Of a stretch of 37,560 bases of DNA, positions 9,872 to 18,794 are shown piece after piece. Origin of the DNA: Candidatus Geocrenenecus huangii. GTDB lineage: Archaea > Thermoproteota > Nitrososphaeria_A > Caldarchaeales > Wolframiiraptoraceae. Within the stretch, counting starts at the first letter, position 1; the number at the start of each line of letters is the position of its first letter. The notes beneath the pieces were generated by a model, which saw only the letters and a program-made list of their open reading frames with translations, searched no databases and had not been told where the DNA came from. Both the position numbers and the translations under genes were made by a program. The DNA lies in contig JALNLM010000005.1 in assembly GCA_023254095.1 (NCBI GenBank), positions 1-37,560 of the forward strand, written 5' to 3'.

Positions 9872-10888
9872 TCACCTCTTACTCTTAAACTCTGGGATGG
9901 GAAAGATAGTTAAACCAAGCACGTACAAGAATAAAGATAATGATAGTATTCCAACGGTTGCTAGGATCTCTGTCTGTGTTGGCATAAAGTTGAGGAGCGA
10001 GTAAAGTTGTGGTGAGACTTCCACGATCTGCTGTCCCCCGATTATAAGATTCCACTTGTAAGAGTAGACTCCGGCTAGAATTAGAATAGATGCAACTATC
10101 GACCCGATTGTCGAGGTCCTCACCTTTTCTGTCGCCAACATGAAGATCGGGATTAATCCTCCTAGAATGTATTGTACGCCTATGAAGCTTAATGCTAAGT
10201 AGCCAATTAACAAGATTGAAAGCCTAGTCCATGTTAATGTTTCCGCATATGCAGTTGTTGAGAGCTCGATCAGTGTAAAGACGAGATATATTGCTAGGAA
10301 GTATAGAGTAAGCTTCCCTAAAGAATTCAGAGCATCTTTTCGTAATCCATCTTTTCTCAAAGTTATGATTGCTAGTAGAGCTACTAGAGCTGCTCCAGCC
10401 GTTATCCCTGAAAGTATGGTTGTTATAGGAGTTATGGTGCTACTCCAGACTTCTCTAGCTTTCATGCTACCAATTATAAATCCGAAGTATCCGCCGAATA
10501 TTAATGATATCACTAACCCTATCGCCGAGATTCCAGTGGATGCTCTCTGAAACCATGCCGCATCCCTATATCTACTATGTATGATTATTTGAGTGGTTAA
10601 TAGAAGCACAAAGATTATCCAAATGTATCCGAATAAGGCCATAACCGAACTCGGCGTTGGATAGAGGTAGATGTTGGGAGCTCTTAATGGGGAACCGAGC
10701 TCTAAGACTAATGGTATAGGTGAAGCTAGTAGAAATCCCCATGCAGTCACCATTGAGAAAGTCGAGATACCCTCAAGATTTCTCATCTTAAAGAGTGTTG
10801 GAGCAATTGATATAATATATGAGCCTAGCACTAAGCCTGTGATGAAAGAGTAGAGTACTATCATCGGTCCCCAGATTATGTTTGTCAT
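9872..10888 (-). CDS. NrfD/PsrC-family membrane anchor (quinol-interacting)
   Basis: N-terminal WG..IVLY, then ELGSPLR and PSSVM, many TM helices and a late IGGQ motif. Lies between the 4Fe-4S and catalytic subunit genes. Confidence 0.92.
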   Translation of the reverse strand: MTNIIWGPMIVLYSFITGLVLGSYIISIAPTLFKMRNLEGISTFSMVTAWGFLLASPIPLVLELGSPLRAPNIYLYPTPSSVMALFGYIWIIFVLLLTTQIIIHSRYRDAAWFQRASTGISAIGLVISLIFGGYFGFIIGSMKAREVWSSTITPITTILSGITAGAALVALLAIITLRKDGLRKDALNSLGKLTLYFLAIYLVFTLIELSTTAYAETLTWTRLSILLIGYLALSFIGVQYILGGLIPIFMLATEKVRTSTIGSIVASILILAGVYSYKWNLIIGGQQIVEVSPQLYSLLNFMPTQTEILATVGILSLSLFLYVLGLTIFPIPEFKSKR

Positions 10889-11568
10889 ATTTCCTTCACC
10901 ACCCCAATCTTTGGATTTATAACGGTAACAGGGGCACCAGCTTTTACGGCTTCTTCATACCCTATGTAGTAGACTGACGGACTATTTCCGGTTTCAGGTT
11001 TTATGACGCTTACAGACTTCTCTGCGAGCATCTTTGAGACAATGCTTTCAGGATGGTTTATGTCTCCAAAAATTCTAGCACCACCCATACAGTTTATAAC
11101 GCATGAAGGTACTTCACCTTCTTCTATCTTGTGAAGACAATAGTCGCATTTATCAGCTGTACCCGTATATGGGTTCCTAAATCTAGCATCGTATGGACAC
11201 GCTTGTATACAGTAACCACATCCTATACATCTATCGTAATCGATTACAACTATTCCGTCATCCCTCTTATACGTTGCTCCAACAGGGCAGACAGGAACAC
11301 ATGATGGCGTCTCACAATGGTTACATAGTCTAGGCAAGAAAACTCTTCTTAAGTATGGATACTTCCCTCGCTCTATTACTTCTACCCAAGTCCTGAAGAA
11401 TTCGTATGGGGTACCGTTTTCCATCTTACAAGATACTTGGCATGCATAGCACCCTACACATCTATTCAAATCAACAACCATGACCCATTTAGGTTTCGCA
11501 GACTTTTTGTCAATGTATCTACCGACTATATGGGGTAATTCTTCTTGAAGTTTTAAATACTTGGACAT
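10885..11568 (-). CDS. 4x[4Fe-4S] electron-transfer subunit (NrfC/PsrB/TtrB family)
   Basis: Four Cys groups: CVGCYACQVSC, CNHCETPSCVPVCP, CIGCGYCIQACP and CDYC...CVINC. Confidence 0.95.
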   Translation of the reverse strand: MSKYLKLQEELPHIVGRYIDKKSAKPKWVMVVDLNRCVGCYACQVSCKMENGTPYEFFRTWVEVIERGKYPYLRRVFLPRLCNHCETPSCVPVCPVGATYKRDDGIVVIDYDRCIGCGYCIQACPYDARFRNPYTGTADKCDYCLHKIEEGEVPSCVINCMGGARIFGDINHPESIVSKMLAEKSVSVIKPETGNSPSVYYIGYEEAVKAGAPVTVINPKIGVVKEI

Positions 11569-11586
11569 ACTTCATCACTTTACATA

Positions 11587-11669
11587 TTTCATAACTTCCA
11601 GTTACGAAACTTTATTAAAACATTCTTTAAATTGACCTTTAATTGTTTTTAGGCTGTAATTAAACAATT
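11587..11669 (-). promoter_or_regulatory. Putative promoter of the reductase operon with two inverted repeats
   Basis: TTTCATAAC-N5-GTTACGAAA (11587-11609, one mismatch); TATA-like TTTTAATAAA on the minus strand (11620-11611); AATTGTTT-N13-AAACAATT (11641-11669, perfect 8-bp arms). Confidence 0.5.
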
Positions 11670-11695
11670 TTTTACTTACTTTAACACGATTAATC

Positions 11696-12316
11696 TTAAC
11701 TCTTATAACACAGTAGTTTAACTGCCTCAATCCCAAAAGCGGTAATTCTATAGCTTTTCGATTTATCCTGCGTTATTAACCCCATCTTCTTTAGTACACG
11801 TAGATGGAAACTAAGTCTTGGAGGATCGTCTACTTGGAGTATTTTGACTAATTCTGAAAATTTGAGACTACGCTTCTCAGTAAGCAGTACTAGTATTTCT
11901 CTCCGGAGTTCATGAGATAAGCATGAGAAGATATGTTCATTTAAACTCCTACTCTTAGCCTCAGCTAAGGCTCTCTTAATGGCGATTACTAAGTCTTCAA
12001 CTCTAAAGGGTTTACAGATATAATCTGATGCTCCTTTCTTTATTGCTTCTACAGCACTGGGAATACTACCATATGCCGTGATAATTATGACAACAGTGTT
12101 CGGAGATGTTCTCTTAATTGTACTTAATAAATCGATGCCATTCATACCGGTGAGCAGTAAATCGGCAACGACCACGTCAAAGTTTTCTTCTTGAAGTATC
12201 TCAAGTGCACTCCATGCATTATATGCTAACTTAACTTTAAATTCATATCTCTCGAGCAGTTCCTTCAGTGTAGAGCATATTGTTTCATCGTCATCAACTA
12301 TAAGTATCTTGGTCAA
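11696..12316 (-). CDS. Response regulator: REC domain plus ArsR-like winged helix-turn-helix
   Basis: REC motifs ILIVDDD, VVADLLLTGMNG, ITAY and KPF, followed by IFSCLSHELRREIL...LSFHLRVLKKMGLI. The TTG start at 12316 has a GAGGTG RBS, so the longer ORF-track start is unlikely. Confidence 0.9.
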   Translation of the reverse strand: MTKILIVDDDETICSTLKELLERYEFKVKLAYNAWSALEILQEENFDVVVADLLLTGMNGIDLLSTIKRTSPNTVVIIITAYGSIPSAVEAIKKGASDYICKPFRVEDLVIAIKRALAEAKSRSLNEHIFSCLSHELRREILVLLTEKRSLKFSELVKILQVDDPPRLSFHLRVLKKMGLITQDKSKSYRITAFGIEAVKLLCYKS

Positions 12317-14048
12317 AGGGGGCACCTCTCGGCAATTTGATGGTAAAAACGCTTCCTTTCCCCAATTCGCTTTCAACAATGATCGTCCCGCCATGCATTT
12401 TAACTATCTCTTGTGAAATTGTCAAGCCGAGGCCTAGACCACCTTTACCTTTATGCTTAGAGTAAAATGGTTCAAATATTTTATCGAGATCTTCTTTCGG
12501 TATGCCGTCGCCAGTATCCCTAATTGAGATAAGAGTATTCGAGTTGTCCTGCTGTACCTCTATGGTCAAGGTGCCACCGCCAGGCATTGCTTGAATAGCA
12601 TTCATTATCAAGTTATCTATCACCAATCCAATAGCTAGAGGATCTACATAAGCTTTACATAGTTTATTGTATTTTTTAACGACTTTTATGTTATACTTAT
12701 CGAATGAATATGCTTTAAGAGAATTCTCAACTATTTCAACTACGTCAATAATTCTCTTATTTATCTTTACTTCTCTTCTTCTATATCTTAATAAGTCATC
12801 GATAGCACGTTTAATTTCCATAACATTTGATACGACCCTTTCTAAGCTCTTCTTCGTTAATTCCTCCTTAGATTCTGAGAGTATCAATTCACAGCCCAGC
12901 GTCATCCTAGTTAAAAGTGTGTTGATCTTATGTATTATACCAGCTACCAGATATTGAATTATTGCGATTTTCTCATACTGTCTAATCCTTTTATAGAATT
13001 CTTCTCTAGCCTTATCACTAGTTATATCTCTAACAATGACAATTTTTCTTCTCCCTTCTTTATCGAGATCCAAAAAGAACAACTTAATGTAGACAGTTTC
13101 TCCACCTCTATCATAGGATAGCTCAGCCTCTCCTTTAGTTGACACCGAATCCAATCTTATGATCTCTGAAAGCTTTCTATTCACAATCTCAGATTTACTC
13201 AAATTGAAGATTCTTTCAGAAGCTTTATTGCAAGAATGTATCATGCCGTCCGAAGAGATTAATAATATCCCGTCCTGAATCGAGTTGACGAGCATCTTAT
13301 ATCTATTCTTTAATCGTCTCAGTCTTTCTACATAGTTTCTTGTCTTCTCCCTCTCTTCTTCAAGCTTGTCTAACATTCTGTTAAAGGCCATAGATATCAT
13401 ACCAATTTCATCCTGAGCATCTACCTCGACTCTAGATCTGTAATCACCTTTAATGATCTTCTCTATTGCATTCTCTAAGTTTTTCATGGACACCGTTAAA
13501 CTCGTTAGAGATATGAAAAAGGATACAGCCCCTATTCCTACTATTAGTGAACCCCACAAAAAGATTTTACCTATGATGTTGAACATCTTCTCTTCTATTT
13601 GTTTGCTCGTAATTCCGATGTGTATCTCTCCTCCAATACCTCTGTATACTGGGACAGAGACATCGTAGATAACACTACCAACTGCTTGGAATTTTTTTAC
13701 TGACATATCCTCATTTACAGGTGGGTTAAATCCAACTAAAGCTTTAGGAAAAGCATCTGTGAAAGTACTTGCAACTACATTTCCATCAAAGTCTACAATG
13801 TACATGTAAGCTATGTTCGGATTTCTGGCCTTGAAGTCGTTTACCATATTATTGAGAGTTATTATATTACCTTTAACTAGCAAAGACAGGACTTCTATCT
13901 GGATTCTATCTAGATACAGTGCCGTGCTCGCTACCAATTCTTCTATGAGAGATTTACTTATCTGGTTATACAGAATGTACGCATTTATTAATCCAAATAT
14001 CATTAAGTAAAGTACGAATATAAGTGTGAACTTTTTTCTAAGCTTCAT
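12294..14048 (-). CDS. Membrane sensor histidine kinase (TM, extracellular Cache-like domain, TM, HAMP, PAS, HisKA, HATPase)
   Basis: Two TM helices; HAMP DEIGMISMAFNRM; PAS-like segment; H-box IHKIN; N-box NLIMNAIQAM; G1 DTGDGI; F-box IFEPFYS; G2 GLGLGL. Confidence 0.93.
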   Translation of the reverse strand: MKLRKKFTLIFVLYLMIFGLINAYILYNQISKSLIEELVASTALYLDRIQIEVLSLLVKGNIITLNNMVNDFKARNPNIAYMYIVDFDGNVVASTFTDAFPKALVGFNPPVNEDMSVKKFQAVGSVIYDVSVPVYRGIGGEIHIGITSKQIEEKMFNIIGKIFLWGSLIVGIGAVSFFISLTSLTVSMKNLENAIEKIIKGDYRSRVEVDAQDEIGMISMAFNRMLDKLEEEREKTRNYVERLRRLKNRYKMLVNSIQDGILLISSDGMIHSCNKASERIFNLSKSEIVNRKLSEIIRLDSVSTKGEAELSYDRGGETVYIKLFFLDLDKEGRRKIVIVRDITSDKAREEFYKRIRQYEKIAIIQYLVAGIIHKINTLLTRMTLGCELILSESKEELTKKSLERVVSNVMEIKRAIDDLLRYRRREVKINKRIIDVVEIVENSLKAYSFDKYNIKVVKKYNKLCKAYVDPLAIGLVIDNLIMNAIQAMPGGGTLTIEVQQDNSNTLISIRDTGDGIPKEDLDKIFEPFYSKHKGKGGLGLGLTISQEIVKMHGGTIIVESELGKGSVFTIKLPRGAPFDQDTYS

Positions 14049-15004
14049 TTACTCTCACCTGAGAGCAGATACTTCTCTACTAGCTCATAATAGATCGCAT
14101 AATACTCTATGGTAGGCTCAGCGAATCCTCCGGGGAACTCTGTCATACTCCATAGAGTTAGAGTAGAGTGGGAGCCAAGAGGTTCAAGCTCGATCAACGC
14201 TTTCTTTACATTCTCAACCAAATTGTTGTCCACAGCTTTGTTAGCAATTATTAGGCTTCTAGGGAAAGGTTTAGAGATTGCTATTATCTTAATTAATCCT
14301 TCTCTAGCAAGTCGAAATGCAAGCAAGTCCTGCATGGCCCCAGCATCAAATCTTCCAGAGATAACTGCTTCAGCGCATTGCTGATGGGAGCCTAGGAAAG
14401 CATACTCTCTAAAGTCTTTAAGAGATACTCCGGCTTCTTCCAGCATGATTAACGGTATTAAATGTCCCTGCGTAGAATAGTATGACCCGAAGGCAAAACT
14501 CTTACCCTTTAGTTCCGCTAAAGAGGTTATGTTTAAATCAGTTCTTGTAAAGATAACTGCTCTGTAAAACATGCTCTTATTCTCATCTAAACCTACAGTC
14601 ACAGGAATGACGTTGCCGTATCTTAGGCCTGTTACAATATAACTTACAGGGCCTACTGCAGCAAATTGGGTCACATTCATTCCTATATCATTCTGGACCA
14701 GCTCGTATGTTGGTTCGTATTTCAACCTAAACTCATAACCAGTCTTATCGGAGAGATAGCTCATAAGCGGAGCATATATCTGTATTTCAGTATCGGGATC
14801 CAATCTTGGATCAAAACCAAAATAAATAACTTTTTTACTGGAAATATTCAGAGAAGGATATGTAGTCTTTTCACCAAGATTAATTACAACGATCTCGTCA
14901 CAATGATAGGGGTTAGTCAAAATTACGATCGATAATAAAGTGGCTATGAGAGCTAGATTTAATAAAATATTCAGCTTTGTTGTCTCCATACCTGTTCCGT
15001 CCAC
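14045..15004 (-). CDS. PhnD-like (phosphate/phosphite/phosphonate-type) extracellular substrate-binding protein, probably a sensory partner of the kinase
   Basis: N-terminal membrane anchor; motifs LKGKSFAFGS..STQGHLIP and GSH...EAVISGRFDAGA. Its stop overlaps the kinase ATG (ATGA). Confidence 0.88.
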   Translation of the reverse strand: MDGTGMETTKLNILLNLALIATLLSIVILTNPYHCDEIVVINLGEKTTYPSLNISSKKVIYFGFDPRLDPDTEIQIYAPLMSYLSDKTGYEFRLKYEPTYELVQNDIGMNVTQFAAVGPVSYIVTGLRYGNVIPVTVGLDENKSMFYRAVIFTRTDLNITSLAELKGKSFAFGSYYSTQGHLIPLIMLEEAGVSLKDFREYAFLGSHQQCAEAVISGRFDAGAMQDLLAFRLAREGLIKIIAISKPFPRSLIIANKAVDNNLVENVKKALIELEPLGSHSTLTLWSMTEFPGGFAEPTIEYYAIYYELVEKYLLSGESK

Positions 15005-15026
15005 GGCATATAATTAAAAAGAATGA

Positions 15027-15060
15027 TTTATACATTCTATAATTGTAGAATTAACAATTA
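15027..15060 (-). promoter_or_regulatory. Putative promoter of the sensor operon with a palindrome
   Basis: TATAAA on the minus strand (15032-15027); near-perfect palindrome ATTCTATAATTGTAGAAT (15034-15051); overlapping AATTGT-N7-ACAATT (15041-15059). Confidence 0.4.
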
Positions 15061-15413
15061 GTGACAACCAAACACCAAGATTGATAAAAATGCTTTTAGA
15101 TGTAACGAGCTAGTCTTGTATGAATAACAGGATGTTTTTATTCGTATACTGTGTCCAGTAGCGGGTACAGTTCGTTTTAAGTAGCTCAGAAAACCTATTT
15201 CTTATCCTCTCGATTGTTTCTTCATTGTTGAAGGAATCATACTTCTTCAAACAAGCATAGGTTATCAGCTATTATTCTTTATTATAAAGTGAATAGTCTT
15301 AAAGTACGTTGCCTGAGAAGAGTTTTGAAATTAGTAAGCATGACATATTCATGTTTTCTATATCTTAACTAAAAAATAATTTTTAACTATTTTAGTGGTG
15401 TTGTTCCTGTATG

Positions 15414-16127
15414 TTAAGATCCTCTCAATATTTTCATGACTTCTTGATTGTTGAGTAGGTCGCTCGGACTTCCGTGAAAGATCGTTTCACCTCTCTCCAA
15501 CACATATAGTTTTTCAGCTATCTTTGTTGCTATTACCACATTAGATTCAGCGATTATAACTCCTATTCCTTGATTTTTTATCATTTCGATCGCATCTTTG
15601 AATCTCTCTACGACGATTGGCGCTAATCCCTCAAATGCCTCATCCAAGAGAAGATATTTCGGTAACGTTGCTAAACTTCTCGCTATAGCTACCATCTTCT
15701 TCTCTCCTCCACTCAAATAGAAGCCTTCCCTATCTAGAAAATTCTTTATCTCCGGAAATATCGTTAAAATCATGTTCATTATATCGTCAATCTTATCGAG
15801 GTTTTTAGATAGATATGCGGCTAAATAGATATTCTCCTTGGCTGTAATCCATGGAAAGACCCTCATATCTTCTGGAACGTATCCTATACCTTTCGCCACT
15901 CTTTGGTATGGTGGCAGTTTTATAATATCCAGGTCATCTACCTGAATTCTCCCTCTTGACGGTTTATAGATTCCTACGATAGATTTGAATGTGCTAGACT
16001 TGCCTGCTCCATTCCTTCCAATGATAGCTACGACCTCGCTCTTTTCGACCTCTATGGAGACCCCCCTCAAGATATCGGTATTCGATATTCTTAAGTGGAG
16101 GTCCTCCACCTTAAGCATATACACCAC
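15414..16127 (-). CDS. livF: LIV-type ABC transporter ATP-binding protein (LivF-like)
   Basis: Walker A GRNGAGKS, GIGYVPE, LSGGE and LLLDE. Confidence 0.9.
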   Translation of the reverse strand: MVYMLKVEDLHLRISNTDILRGVSIEVEKSEVVAIIGRNGAGKSSTFKSIVGIYKPSRGRIQVDDLDIIKLPPYQRVAKGIGYVPEDMRVFPWITAKENIYLAAYLSKNLDKIDDIMNMILTIFPEIKNFLDREGFYLSGGEKKMVAIARSLATLPKYLLLDEAFEGLAPIVVERFKDAIEMIKNQGIGVIIAESNVVIATKIAEKLYVLERGETIFHGSPSDLLNNQEVMKILRGS

Positions 16128-16863
16128 CTAGAAGTACTTTCTTGATTTCTTCATTTTTCCTAATCTCTTCTACTTCTCCGTCAGCGATTATTCTTCCTTG
16201 ATGCATTACTATAATCCTTACCCCATATCGGAAGACTATATCCATGTCGTGCTCGATTATTATACTGGTCACCTTAGTTTTCCTGATCACGTCTAGTATC
16301 TTCTCCATTATGTTGTCCTTATCTTTTGTAGCAACACCACTTGTCGGCTCGTCCAACATTATCAACTTGGGATTTAAAGCAAAAGAGATCGCTACATCTA
16401 CTAGCTTTCTATCACCGTAGGAAATACTCATAATATTTTCATCAGCTTCATCGCTTAATCCAAAGAGCTTCAAGATATTCTCCGTTTCCTCCAATGCATC
16501 CGTGTATTCGTCTAGTATCTTTCTGAACGCATACTGATACTTCTTCCTAGAGAGTACGGAGACCAAGATATTCTCGTAAACAGTCAGTTTATCGAACGTG
16601 TTCACTAGTTGGAAGCTTCTAACGATTCCTTTACCGACTCTCTCTAATGGGGGATAACGTGTAATATCCTCCCCCATGTACATTATTCTTCCTTCGTCAG
16701 GATAAAGGTACCCGCTGATAACGTTTATTAGCGTTGTCTTACCCGCACCATTCGGACCGATAACCATTACGACTTCTCCCTCACTGAGTGCTATGGAGAT
16801 ATTATCCAATGCTCTAACACCTCCGAAGCTTTTCTTTACTTTTAGTAATTTCAGCACTTCCAT
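16111..16863 (-). CDS. livG: LIV-type ABC transporter ATP-binding protein (LivG-like)
   Basis: Motifs KSFGG, GPNGAGKT, RSFQ, SYGD, LDEPTSG and IEHDM. Confidence 0.9.
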   Translation of the reverse strand: MEVLKLLKVKKSFGGVRALDNISIALSEGEVVMVIGPNGAGKTTLINVISGYLYPDEGRIMYMGEDITRYPPLERVGKGIVRSFQLVNTFDKLTVYENILVSVLSRKKYQYAFRKILDEYTDALEETENILKLFGLSDEADENIMSISYGDRKLVDVAISFALNPKLIMLDEPTSGVATKDKDNIMEKILDVIRKTKVTSIIIEHDMDIVFRYGVRIIVMHQGRIIADGEVEEIRKNEEIKKVLLGGVYA

Positions 16864-16865
16864 GA

Positions 16866-17864
16866 TTATCCGCCTCTTCTCCGGTGGCTGACGACGACAT
16901 CTACCAGTGTTCTTGCTAAATGAGCTATCCCTCCGGGCATTAGAATAACTATAGCGATAATGAGTATACCCATAACCATCTGCCAGTAAATGAATTTCAT
17001 TGCAAAGCTTTCTATTATATGGAAAACAAAAGAGCCTACTATTGGTCCAATAAATATTCGTGCTCCACCTAGTAGTGTTGCAAATACGACTTTCCCGGAG
17101 GTTGTCCAGTAGGCTATATCTGGAGTCACTAGTCTATGATGGTTTACAGCTAACACACCTGTAATACTAGCATATATGGCGGATATTATGAAGGCGTAAA
17201 GCCTTGCTCTGTAAATGTCGACCCCTATAAATCTAGCTCTAGTCTCATTATCTCTTATCGATTTGAGTGTAAGACCGAATGGAGAGTTAATGATCCTCCA
17301 CATTATATAGACTAGGATGAAGGTTAGACCTGTGACGAAGTAGAAGTACACGTGATGATAAGTTGCAAAGTCTAGTTTCTCCAGAGAGATCCCTAGAATC
17401 GAGAATCTTGGAATCTTTATTCCATCTGTTCCACCCGTGACCCAGTAAAACTTATAATATAAGCTCCATAATATCTGAGCTATAGCCAACATGAAGATAG
17501 CGAAAAATATTCTAGTATACCTTACTACTATCGGTCCTATTATGAGTGCAACAACAGTGGAAGATAAGATACCACCTAAAAGATGTAGCTCGATGTTATT
17601 TATTCCTAGATATTTATACATGAATCCTACTGTATATGCTCCGACCCCTAGGAATAAAGCATGTCCAAAGCTCAACAGTCCAGTGTATCCGAATAGTAGA
17701 TTGAACCCTAATAATGCGCTAATCCATGTTACTCCATGACCTAAAACTACACCCCATCCAGGTGAAAAAACGTATATTATCGGATATAGGATGGCTATTA
17801 TTGTTAGAAAAATAAAATTTGTCTTTATATCATCTCCAAAAAATCTCTTTAATCTCTCTACCAC
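16866..17864 (-). CDS. livM: LIV-type ABC transporter permease (LivM-like)
   Basis: Motifs NLLFGYTGLLSFGHALF, TGGTDG, SPFG...SIRDNE and LLGG...GPIVG. Confidence 0.9.
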   Translation of the reverse strand: MVERLKRFFGDDIKTNFIFLTIIAILYPIIYVFSPGWGVVLGHGVTWISALLGFNLLFGYTGLLSFGHALFLGVGAYTVGFMYKYLGINNIELHLLGGILSSTVVALIIGPIVVRYTRIFFAIFMLAIAQILWSLYYKFYWVTGGTDGIKIPRFSILGISLEKLDFATYHHVYFYFVTGLTFILVYIMWRIINSPFGLTLKSIRDNETRARFIGVDIYRARLYAFIISAIYASITGVLAVNHHRLVTPDIAYWTTSGKVVFATLLGGARIFIGPIVGSFVFHIIESFAMKFIYWQMVMGILIIAIVILMPGGIAHLARTLVDVVVSHRRRGG

Positions 17865-18757
17865 TTTTTTCCACCTCCAAGCCCTTCGGGTTTCAATGTA
17901 AGTATGATTATAGCGACGATGTAGATTAGTGCAAGCTCTAGCTCTGGGAACAGGATTAAGGTAATTGTTCTAAGCACGCTCACTATGAAGGCTCCTACTA
18001 GGGATCCCAGGAAACTGCCTAGGCCCCCTATAACCACGACGACGAATGCTAAGACCAAAAATTCTACAGACATTCCTAACATTGCAGATGCAGATGGGAT
18101 GAATAGTCCTCCACCTAACCCTGCGAGGAAGCTTGCAATCAGTACAGTTAACAATAAGACTTTCTTGACGTTAGCACCTAGAGCTGCCGCCATCTCGATG
18201 TCCATTGAAGAAGCTCTTAGGAGTAGCCCAGATTTGCTCTTAAATAAGAATATCCATAAGATCAAAGCAATAACCAATGCCGAGATAATTACGTAAATGT
18301 TGTAGACGGGTATTAAGTATTCACCTATAGATAAGGAGCCCGCTAATTCAAAAGGTTGAGATGCCCTAAGCGGTTCGGAGCCCCAGATCAATCTAAATAT
18401 GTCTTCGAATATCAAGAGAAGTCCATAGGTTATAAGGAGCTGTACCTCGTCTCCTTTCCCACTAATAAATAGAAATAGTGGAAATATCAGTAGAGAGGAG
18501 ACTGCTACTACGAAAGCAGCGAGGAGTGGAGGTGTTATGAGTAGTGGTATGATAGATGAACCGAATATGTTTATCATTACCCCCATGCCCGTTCCCGCAA
18601 TCGTATAACATCCTAATACGAAGAATGCTGGATGTGCGAGGTTAACGATCTTCATGACACCGTAAATGATGTTTAACCCCACCGCTATTAGGAATAACAC
18701 CGAGGCACCGAAAAAAATATTGTAGATTCTTACTAGTAGATCCATTATCTCGAGCAT
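17858..18757 (-). CDS. livH: LIV-type ABC transporter permease (LivH-like)
   Basis: Motifs AVGLNIIYGVMKIVNLAH, G..LRA...D.EMA.ALG and AFVVVVIGGLGS. Start set at ATG 18757 to avoid overlap with the binding-protein gene. Confidence 0.9.
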   Translation of the reverse strand: MLEIMDLLVRIYNIFFGASVLFLIAVGLNIIYGVMKIVNLAHPAFFVLGCYTIAGTGMGVMINIFGSSIIPLLITPPLLAAFVVAVSSLLIFPLFLFISGKGDEVQLLITYGLLLIFEDIFRLIWGSEPLRASQPFELAGSLSIGEYLIPVYNIYVIISALVIALILWIFLFKSKSGLLLRASSMDIEMAAALGANVKKVLLLTVLIASFLAGLGGGLFIPSASAMLGMSVEFLVLAFVVVVIGGLGSFLGSLVGAFIVSVLRTITLILFPELELALIYIVAIIILTLKPEGLGGGKKW

Positions 18758-18794
18758 GTCTATCGTTTCTCTAGGGTTATAGACTCTAATAAGC

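Noticed and set aside
14045-15004. Phosphonate transporter PhnD, or a true arsenite-binding AioX ortholog
   Set aside because: There are no phnCE-type genes adjacent and it is translationally coupled to a kinase. I also do not see the As(III)-binding Cys at the position I recall for AioX (here FAAVGPVSY).
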